Source: Mycobacterium leprae TN
GTDB taxonomy: Bacteria; Actinomycetota; Actinomycetes; Mycobacteriales; Mycobacteriaceae
NCBI RefSeq assembly: GCF_000195855.1
Contig: NC_002677.1
Span: 120,001-152,000 of the forward strand
DNA length: 32,000 bases
Direction of reading: 5' to 3'
Position 1 is the stretch's first letter. Each line of letters starts with the position of its first letter. A model generated the notes under the pieces. That model ran no database searches. It had not been told where the DNA came from and saw only the letters and a program-made list of their open reading frames with translations. Shown piece by piece: positions 24,115 through 32,000 of this stretch. The translations under genes were made by a program, and so were the position numbers.

Positions 24115-27100
24115 CTAATGGCGGAGTGGTGCAGGGTTCCACAGACCGCTGCGAGTGGTTGTGCCTAGCGACAAACGAGCGGGCTGGGCGTTAGGGTAGT
24201 AGGGCGTCAAGCGCTGCAATGCACCCCAGTCGCGTGACCAGTCGTCTTTGAGGTAGCTGGCTACTGTGGTCGCCTTTAACAGCAACTCAGTGACGCCCAG
24301 CGGCCCACCGCCGTTATTATCCATAACCGGTGAGTTGGCTTCGGCGCCGAATCGGTCAGGAAGAATACGCCACTTCGGCGTTTCGTCGACCCCATATTGA
24401 TGGTCGAACGGCCGTTGGCAGGGGAATGCCAGACCCACCAGCCAGTCCAGGAATACTGGGTCCTGGTAGCCGACCACATCCTGCAGGGTGCGCAACTGCG
24501 GAATCCGTGGTGGCGTAAGTGCAATCCAATGCTGTGGCGCCAAATCTTCGTCGTCGGCGACTAAGCGGATCTGGGTCGCCATACTCGGGATCGCCGACAG
24601 GGGAAGCCGTAGGTTACGCCAGGCCGGCGATGCCCCGACATCAGAGAATTGGAATGCCCCACCGGGCTGTCCGCTTGCTGCTCCGCTATCGGTGGCCCAT
24701 TGCAGTTTGACTTCGTGGTGATCGAAGCGCCCTGCTGCACTCACGACCAGCAACGGACCGGCCTTGTCCCGTGCTGGTAGTCGGTACCAGCCAGACCGCA
24801 GTCTGGCGACCACTTGAATGCCGGACTGCCAGCTGCCCAACACCGGTGTGCGAGCCGGATCCAAGTTGTAGGGCAGCTGGGCGCGGGAGCCGTTGATTCC
24901 TGGTGTGGCATTGGTGCCACCCTCGTTGCCGGCTTCGCCGCCGGTGGTCATCCCGTTTTCTTTGACGAAACTGCGGTCGCCCGGGGGTTCCATAACTGGG
25001 TCGGCTGACACGTCGGCTGGAATTCCGTTGGCTGTGAAGGCTTCCGCTAAGCTCGACCCTAGTGCGTCGGCTACCGGGGTGGACACCGGGAGCAACATGC
25101 CGGCGTTGGGATCCTGCTCGACCAAAACTTCTTCGGCCAGTCCACAGGTTTGTCCGGTTAACGCCTGCAGGTTGGACTTTCCCACCGTCCATGCCGGGTA
25201 CTGGCCGATCATCGCCATGGTTAGTGATGCTACCTCGAATATGACCAGTGACCAGGTCGCAATTGCTATTGGGGACTGAACGATTCTGTCTATTCGTACT
25301 CCGAATCTGGTTTTGGCAGAACCGTTGGTGGTAGCAACGAAGTGAAACCATGCTGCCAACAGCAGCACTATCACCGTGAGCTCGAGTAGGGCGGTGGTTA
25401 GAGACCATCGCAGCTTTGGGAACGAATTTGACCATGGCACACCGAAATTGGAGACGTACCACCAGCCGTTGACGCTTGCGAAAGACAACGCCACCACGAA
25501 CAGCACCACAGCGGCGAACACGGTACGGTTGCGTCGGGACCGTAGTGCCGCACTGGCTACTGCGACCGCAGCTAGTGCCCCTAGTGAGCCGGCCAGCCCG
25601 GCGAACACTCCGAAGTGGTGTGTCCATTTGGTTGGGGTGAACATCATCGCCAGAAACGAGGTGACGGTGATGCCGATGATGCGTCGACTGGGCCCGGCTG
25701 CAAGGCCCGGAATTCGACCCTTGCGCAACGACATTGCCACCGCCACCGATAGTGCTACGAGCAACGCCAGCACGGCGAAGCGGCGGGCGACCGAACCGTC
25801 GGGGCTGGCCATGAACAGTCGTTCGTAACGGATGTGCTCGTCAAACCACTTCAGGCTGGGCCCGACGGCGCGCTTGAGCAAGCTGGCCTGGCTCTCGCCG
25901 GCGAACGTCTGGTCTCGGAAGATCAGAATCGCGGTGACCGTGGACGCAGCCAGGATGGGCGCCACCAACGGCACCGCTCCAAACTGCTTGGAGCGGCGTT
26001 GCAGGATGGTCAACAATGGCCCGACGGCGACCAGCAGTGCGCCAATTGAGGCGATACCCGTTGGCCCGGAGAATAGGGTCAGTGCACCGACAATGCAGGC
26101 GACCGCCACCGGCAGCAACCGGCTGGTGGCCACCGCGCGCTCCACCGAACACCAGGTCAACAGAATTCCCAGGGCGATGATTGGCTCCGGTCGCAGGCCG
26201 TTGTCCAGTGGCAACCACACCGCGAGGAACATGCCCGCCGCAGTCCACGCCGCGGCGCGGCTGGCCTTGGCGGCGTGCCCCAGTCGGGGAATGACTTCCC
26301 GACTGATTAGCCACCAGCATGTCAGTGCCATAGCCAGGGTCGGCACCCGCATCCAGGCGCTGGTGGTAGTCACGTGCGCCCACAGTGCCAGAAGGTCGTA
26401 GTACCAGCCGAACGGTGCCTCGGGTGTGCCGAACCACCGGTAATAATTGGCCATGTAGCCGGCATGCTCGGATACTCGGGCCATCGTCAAGATGTAGCCA
26501 TCGTCGGATGTGTTGGCGCCAACGAAATGCCACCATGCTAGTATGGTGATGACCAGGCCATCTAAACAGCCGATGGACCACCATCGGGACGGTAGTAACC
26601 GCCGGTGCTGAGTGCCATCAGCGGTGTCAAGGAGATGAAGGGCGACTAAAGCAACTATAGTAAGCACCACTCCGAGGATCATCGCGATCGTCTTCAAAAG
26701 TGTGGGGCTGCTGCTGTAGCGAGTGTCGATGGTCGCGGAGAAGTTTAGGCCTGTCGGAATCGGTCCGGACAGATCGGTGAACACCCCGACGATCTGTGGG
26801 CGGAAGTCATAGCCGCTGCGTTCGCCGCGCAATGGCACACCGGGATGCTCGGCATTGGGCCCGTACGTCAACCCGACGAACTCGGCAGTGATCTTGTCGA
26901 AGTACGCGGCGAACGTCAAGCGTTGGCAGGCTGGGCTGAGCACCTGGCTCATCGGGGCACTGACCACCGGAACGTTGCGGACCACGAGCACCAGGTCGTC
27001 GTTGGCGCGCTGTATGAGTAGCCCCCGATCGACGGCCTTCGGGGCCTGTTTGGGCACAGTCGACAACAGCACGGTCTGGCCTGCGCTCTGCGGCCCAGTC

Positions 27101-27327
27101 AGCCCGGCCGCGGCTGCACACGGCACGGTGACGTTCAGTCCGGTGGCTACATACCCGATCAGCGGTGCCTCGACGCTCTCGAACGTGCTGTTCTGCGGCC
27201 AGTTCAATTGGGCGGTGTTCTGGTTGACCGGTAGGAACGGGGTTGCCATCGCTAGCAAGGCCCCGAGCAGGCCGGCGATCACGGCAAGGAGGCGAGCGAT
27301 CCAGTAGTTTGCTCCCGCGCCGCTCAC
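24115..27327 (-). CDS. embC: Arabinosyltransferase EmbC (1070 aa), lipoarabinomannan synthesis
   Basis: NTSDDGYILTMARVSEHAGYMANYYRWFG, GT53 architecture. Lies between aftA and embA. Confidence 0.96.
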   Translation of the reverse strand: MSGAGANYWIARLLAVIAGLLGALLAMATPFLPVNQNTAQLNWPQNSTFESVEAPLIGYVATGLNVTVPCAAAAGLTGPQSAGQTVLLSTVPKQAPKAVDRGLLIQRANDDLVLVVRNVPVVSAPMSQVLSPACQRLTFAAYFDKITAEFVGLTYGPNAEHPGVPLRGERSGYDFRPQIVGVFTDLSGPIPTGLNFSATIDTRYSSSPTLLKTIAMILGVVLTIVALVALHLLDTADGTQHRRLLPSRWWSIGCLDGLVITILAWWHFVGANTSDDGYILTMARVSEHAGYMANYYRWFGTPEAPFGWYYDLLALWAHVTTTSAWMRVPTLAMALTCWWLISREVIPRLGHAAKASRAAAWTAAGMFLAVWLPLDNGLRPEPIIALGILLTWCSVERAVATSRLLPVAVACIVGALTLFSGPTGIASIGALLVAVGPLLTILQRRSKQFGAVPLVAPILAASTVTAILIFRDQTFAGESQASLLKRAVGPSLKWFDEHIRYERLFMASPDGSVARRFAVLALLVALSVAVAMSLRKGRIPGLAAGPSRRIIGITVTSFLAMMFTPTKWTHHFGVFAGLAGSLGALAAVAVASAALRSRRNRTVFAAVVLFVVALSFASVNGWWYVSNFGVPWSNSFPKLRWSLTTALLELTVIVLLLAAWFHFVATTNGSAKTRFGVRIDRIVQSPIAIATWSLVIFEVASLTMAMIGQYPAWTVGKSNLQALTGQTCGLAEEVLVEQDPNAGMLLPVSTPVADALGSSLAEAFTANGIPADVSADPVMEPPGDRSFVKENGMTTGGEAGNEGGTNATPGINGSRAQLPYNLDPARTPVLGSWQSGIQVVARLRSGWYRLPARDKAGPLLVVSAAGRFDHHEVKLQWATDSGAASGQPGGAFQFSDVGASPAWRNLRLPLSAIPSMATQIRLVADDEDLAPQHWIALTPPRIPQLRTLQDVVGYQDPVFLDWLVGLAFPCQRPFDHQYGVDETPKWRILPDRFGAEANSPVMDNNGGGPLGVTELLLKATTVASYLKDDWSRDWGALQRLTPYYPNAQPARLSLGTTTRSGLWNPAPLRH

Positions 27328-27459
27328 GGAGGTTTATGCTAGCTCTGTGCCAATCCCCACCCCGCTGCGGAGCGAGGTGGGGTTACTACTTGATTTGTGG
27401 GGGAGAACAAGGCGATTGGGCTAGTTGTTGGATCGCGTCAGACGCGGTGTCTATAGCCA

Positions 27460-29442
27460 TCAGGCGTTACCCATCGGCTTGCGGATGGCTAGCACAAACG
27501 GGCCGATGTCTTGTACAGCGAAACGCTGGTCCGCGAAGAGTGCCGCCGGCAGGTCGACGGTATAGCGGCGTACGTTGGGCTGGTTGGGGTACACGTTCTT
27601 GGCTAATCGCAAGGTGTAGGTGTTACCTGCGCCGTGGCGCATGACGAATACCGTCGGCGGCGGCCAGGGCAGCGTGTCCAGTGCATGGATAAGCTCGCTG
27701 GCCGTCGTCAGCCTGGACCATTGCTGAATTTGTGCTGCTCGCAGGTCGAATTGCGCCAGCGGGTTGGCGTAGTGCGATGTCAATCCCTGAAAGCCCCAGT
27801 AAGGATAGTAAGCCAGAAAGCTGTAGTCGGCGGTAAGCACGACAGTCTGATCGCGTGGTTTACCGGTGATGTGCAGGACGGCCTCGTCGATGGCCCAGTA
27901 GTATTTTTCGGAGCCCGGTGGCCGCCGATCTCCGCGCTGGCCGTGGCCGTCGGTGTCGGTGTAAGCAATGGTGAGATCCGGGCGCAGCACGTTGGGGATG
28001 TCTTGGCTGAACGCGATTGCCCCTGCCAGTCCGATGGCGCTGGCGACCGAGAGTACGGCGCGGTTGTGCTTGGCTAACGATTGAGCAGTTTCGATGAACC
28101 CGAACACGCCGGCGGTCACTAGGAGCACGGTCAGTGTTGGTTGTAGTCGGAACGACAGCAGCGTGGTGCGCGCCAATGTGGTCAGAATCGACAGCAGTGA
28201 CCACAGGTAGACGGCCAGCACGCTGATCATTAGTGCACTAGCCCGCACCGACGAGCTCGTGCGTACTATCAGCCACAGGGTACCCAGCATGCAGATCATC
28301 CCAAGCAGAGAGAACTGCAGCATCGGGAAGGCGAGTTCGGCGCCGTCGGCTGGCAGGTAGTGCTGGGCGCTGCCGGTGTCGCTGACCGGGTCATGGGCTG
28401 CCCGGGCCAAGAACGGCAGCCAGGTGATGGCCCCGATGGCCGCCGCAATGACGACGATGCCGGCCAGCCGGCGCAGCGGGTCGAAGGTCGCCCGGAAACC
28501 TGCACGGCGGCAGAGCGCCGTGGCCAGCAGCAGGGTCATCAGCACCACCGTGAAAGCGGTGTAGGCCAGCAGCAGCGTATACCAGGTGGCGGCGAAGCCG
28601 AGGAAAATGCCGGCGCCGACTACCGTGGCCCACCCTCGTTTATTACCAAGCGTACGGTCAGCCTCACGCTCCGCGGCACGCAAACCCGACCACGTCAGAA
28701 CCAGAGCGGGCGGCAGCAGCACCGTGATCATTGCGGCGTAGGGTTCCGGCGAGCTGTAGACCAGTGTTACTGCCGCGGTGGCGATGGTGACTAGCAGGGC
28801 GTATTCGAAGCGGATCATCTGCCACCACAGCACCAGCGTGATGGCGACCGCGATAGTGATGGACGTGATTGCCCACGGCTTGAATATTTCCCAGGCTGGG
28901 GTTCCTGTCAGCGCTGCGACGCGGCCGCCGATCCAGAACCAGCCCGGCGGGTAGAAAGGCGGCAGCCCTAGATATGTCATGTCTTGCAGGGCAGCGCTGT
29001 CGGTGAGCCTGGTCAGATATTCGGTGCGGAACTGTTGGTCGACGGAGATGCCGAATAGATATAGCTTGGTGGCTCCTAGCGGCATGCCTAGCGTCACGAC
29101 GGTGAAGGCAGACACGAACACCAGCCCACCGAGTTGCGCGAGGCGCCGGAATCGCCCTGCCTGCCACACCCCGCCAACGGCCAGCAGCCCGGTCAGGCAA
29201 CCAACCTGGCCGACGGTAGTTAGTGCATGCAGCTGGTTGGATGATGGAAAAGCTGGCCAATGTACCCGGGCAATGGCAATCAGCGACACTGCAGCCACTC
29301 CGCTCGCCACCACGGCGGCCAACACAATCTGGCCGAAGCTGGCCAGTGCATTGCGCATGGTCAGATTGGTAGTTTGCGGAAGATGCTTCGCGGGATGTGT
29401 CGTAACACCATCATCACATAACGGAATGTTGCTGGTGCCCAA
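27460..29442 (-). CDS. aftA: Arabinofuranosyltransferase AftA; an alternative start at 29358 would avoid overlap with dprE2
   Basis: [80 protein letters not shown] match AftA (Rv3792). Confidence 0.93.
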   Translation of the reverse strand: MGTSNIPLCDDGVTTHPAKHLPQTTNLTMRNALASFGQIVLAAVVASGVAAVSLIAIARVHWPAFPSSNQLHALTTVGQVGCLTGLLAVGGVWQAGRFRRLAQLGGLVFVSAFTVVTLGMPLGATKLYLFGISVDQQFRTEYLTRLTDSAALQDMTYLGLPPFYPPGWFWIGGRVAALTGTPAWEIFKPWAITSITIAVAITLVLWWQMIRFEYALLVTIATAAVTLVYSSPEPYAAMITVLLPPALVLTWSGLRAAEREADRTLGNKRGWATVVGAGIFLGFAATWYTLLLAYTAFTVVLMTLLLATALCRRAGFRATFDPLRRLAGIVVIAAAIGAITWLPFLARAAHDPVSDTGSAQHYLPADGAELAFPMLQFSLLGMICMLGTLWLIVRTSSSVRASALMISVLAVYLWSLLSILTTLARTTLLSFRLQPTLTVLLVTAGVFGFIETAQSLAKHNRAVLSVASAIGLAGAIAFSQDIPNVLRPDLTIAYTDTDGHGQRGDRRPPGSEKYYWAIDEAVLHITGKPRDQTVVLTADYSFLAYYPYWGFQGLTSHYANPLAQFDLRAAQIQQWSRLTTASELIHALDTLPWPPPTVFVMRHGAGNTYTLRLAKNVYPNQPNVRRYTVDLPAALFADQRFAVQDIGPFVLAIRKPMGNA

Positions 29443-30125
29443 ACCAATTCCTTACCTTTAGCGGCTGCGGTAACCGCGAGGTCGGCTACGTACTCCTTGT
29501 TGACAGTCAGCGGTGCTTCTTTGACATGCGCGCTCATTCGGGTGCGCACCTGGCCTGGACGGATAACCAGAACGTGAACTCCGTACTCGTGTAAAGCCTC
29601 TGACAATCCTAGGTAGAACCCGTCCAGGCCAGCCTTGGTGGAACCGTAGACGAAGTTGGACCGTCGCACCCGCTCTCCGGCGGCTGAACTCATGACAATA
29701 ATCTGGCCGAACCCCTGCGCGCGCATCTTCTCGCCGAGCAGCACTCCCACAGAAACTGCTGCGGTGTAGTTGATTTCAGCGATCTGCACAGCCTTGCTTT
29801 GGTTCTGCCACAGCTCTTCTGCGTCGCCGAGTAAACCGAACGCGACAATGGCCACATCGACGTCACCGCCGGTAAATGCCTGCTCGATCATTCTCGGATG
29901 ACTGTCGGTGTCTAGCGCCTCGAAGTCGATCAGCTCCACTGACCTCGCGCCCACGGCCGTCATCTGTGCTACCGCGTCTTCACGGTTCGGATCGTCGGGC
30001 ATGGCGGCTAGCACGATCCGCGCAGGGGCGTTGCGCAGGTAGCGCTTGCAGATGGCCAGTCCTATTTCGGAGGTCCCCCCGAGCAGCAGCACTGTCTGCG
30101 GATGTCCTACGGCGTCGAGCACCAT
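29361..30125 (-). CDS. dprE2: Decaprenylphosphoryl-2-keto-beta-D-erythro-pentose reductase DprE2 (start chosen at MVLDAVG within ORF 29361..30206)
   Basis: SDR fold: [69 protein letters not shown]; immediately downstream of dprE1. Confidence 0.96.
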   Translation of the reverse strand: MVLDAVGHPQTVLLLGGTSEIGLAICKRYLRNAPARIVLAAMPDDPNREDAVAQMTAVGARSVELIDFEALDTDSHPRMIEQAFTGGDVDVAIVAFGLLGDAEELWQNQSKAVQIAEINYTAAVSVGVLLGEKMRAQGFGQIIVMSSAAGERVRRSNFVYGSTKAGLDGFYLGLSEALHEYGVHVLVIRPGQVRTRMSAHVKEAPLTVNKEYVADLAVTAAAKGKELVWAPATFRYVMMVLRHIPRSIFRKLPI

Positions 30126-30127
30126 AT

Positions 30128-31516
30128 TTAGAGCAACTCCAAACGTCGGGCCATGTCGGAGGAGAAAACCCGCAAGGGGTCGACCTTGCGGCGCACAGCG
30201 ATCCACTCGTCGATGCGCGGGTACATGGCGTGAAAGGTGTCAGCGGTGGTACGGGAGTCCTTGGCGGTGTAGAGTCGCCCTCCGAGTTCCATGACCCGGC
30301 GGTCCAGCTTGTTGACAAATTCGTTGAGTCCGGATTTGATCGGGAAGTCCACGCAGATATTCCAGCCTGGGATCGGGAAACTCAGCGGTGCCTGGTTTCC
30401 GGGGCCGAACAGCTTAAACACGTTCAGAAATGAATAGTGACCGCTGCCTTGCATGTCACCGATGATCCTCTTGACCTTGTCGACCGCTTCGGTGGGTATC
30501 ACGAACTGGTATTGTAGGAATCCTGCTGCGCCGTAGGCGCGGTTCCATTCGCCGAACATGTCCAACGGGTGGTAAAATTGTGTCAGGTTCTGGATCTTGC
30601 CTCGGTAGGTGCCAGACTTGCGGTACCAGAGTTCACCGATCGGCATGAAGGTATATTTGTTGGCCAACCCGTTCGGAAAAACATCGGGCAAGGTAAGTAA
30701 TTGTGGTGCATGAAATTTCAGTGGATTGCGCCGCAGCTTTGCGGGCAACTGGTCCAGCCTGGCTAAGCAGCCGCGTGATACCGCCGCACGGCCCAGTTTC
30801 GGGGAAGCGCTGATGGCGTCGAACCAAGCGCTGGAGTAGGTGTAGTCAGCCTCGCTGCCGTCGCTATGCAATGCGATGGTTTCGTCGAGGCTACCGGTGA
30901 TGTCGCCGTCAGCGATGAAATAGGCTGTCTCGGTCGGCATCATTTCGATGGTAGCGCGCATGATGATGCCGGTTAGGCCGTTCCCACCGACGGTGGCCCA
31001 GAACAGTTCGGAATCCTTGCCTGTTGGCGTGAGTCGCCGCACTTCGCCACTGGCGGTCAGCAAGTCCATGCTGCGCACATAGTTGCCGAAGCTGCCCGCG
31101 CTGTGATGGTTTTTGCCGTGGATGTCGCACGCGATCGCACCGCCGATGGTTACCTGTCGGGTTCCCGGCAACACCGGTATCCACAGGCCGAATGGCAGGG
31201 CCGCTTTCATCAGCTTGTTCAGGTTGACGCCGGCGTCGACGTCGGCCAACTTGGTGTCGGTGTTTATGCAGTGGATGGTGTTCAGCGGGGTCATGTCGAT
31301 CACTAACCCACCACCGTTTTGCGCATTGTCGCCGTAGGACCGGCCTAGCCCGCGGGCTATCACCCCCCGGCCGTCGGCATCGGCGACCCGGGCCACTACC
31401 TTGGATATCAGCTCGGCATCAGGGGTGCTGAGCACGTTTGCCACCGACGGTGCAGTACGCCCCCATCCGGTCAGCCGGGTTGCGGTGGTGGAAACTCCCA
31501 TGTTCAACATCGTCAA
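30128..31516 (-). CDS. dprE1: Decaprenylphosphoryl-beta-D-ribose oxidase DprE1
   Basis: FAD-binding [47 protein letters not shown]-terminal DMARRLELL. Confidence 0.97.
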   Translation of the reverse strand: MTMLNMGVSTTATRLTGWGRTAPSVANVLSTPDAELISKVVARVADADGRGVIARGLGRSYGDNAQNGGGLVIDMTPLNTIHCINTDTKLADVDAGVNLNKLMKAALPFGLWIPVLPGTRQVTIGGAIACDIHGKNHHSAGSFGNYVRSMDLLTASGEVRRLTPTGKDSELFWATVGGNGLTGIIMRATIEMMPTETAYFIADGDITGSLDETIALHSDGSEADYTYSSAWFDAISASPKLGRAAVSRGCLARLDQLPAKLRRNPLKFHAPQLLTLPDVFPNGLANKYTFMPIGELWYRKSGTYRGKIQNLTQFYHPLDMFGEWNRAYGAAGFLQYQFVIPTEAVDKVKRIIGDMQGSGHYSFLNVFKLFGPGNQAPLSFPIPGWNICVDFPIKSGLNEFVNKLDRRVMELGGRLYTAKDSRTTADTFHAMYPRIDEWIAVRRKVDPLRVFSSDMARRLELL

Positions 31517-31577
31517 AGAGAGTACCGCTTGGTTCTGCGACGATGCGGGATTTTTCTTCCCGGTAGTCCGGGCTAGT

Positions 31578-32000
<423 letters not shown>

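Noticed and set aside
25841-26584. 247-aa - strand ORF
   Set aside because: Alternate-frame shadow of embC. Its translation is Arg/Pro/Gly-rich and the embC frame is clearly the real one.
28664-29260. 198-aa - strand ORF
   Set aside because: It overlaps the highly conserved aftA frame and is a GC-bias artefact.

Overview
The window matches the mycobacterial arabinogalactan / mycolate biosynthesis locus, and several recalled protein sequences and lengths point to a Mycobacterium leprae-type genome. The + strand carries aftB (3' part), fbpA (Ag85A), fbpD/mpt51, a culp6-like cutinase, fadD32, pks13 and accD4. The - strand carries, in transcription order, a GtrA-family gene, dprE1, dprE2, aftA, embC, embA and embB. 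Two stretches lack intact genes. The first is about 3.1 kb between accD4 and embB (13.4-16.57 kb). It looks like decayed sequence and may include the 3' end of an acyl-CoA dehydrogenase gene (fadE35 position). The second is about 1 kb between embC and embA (23.16-24.11 kb). Conceptual translation of its - strand reveals two broken reading frames that resemble an ArsR-type winged-helix regulator and an AHSA1/SRPBCC protein. I see no intact undescribed system. The most informative oddities are the decayed ArsR/SRPBCC pair inside the emb cluster, the Gln-Met pair at the EmbB ethambutol site, an in-frame 21-bp duplication in pks13, an 18-bp tandem repeat upstream of fbpA, and a serine at the nucleophile-elbow position of the MPT51 homologue. 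All identifications are from recall of family sequences and motifs; no searches were run.
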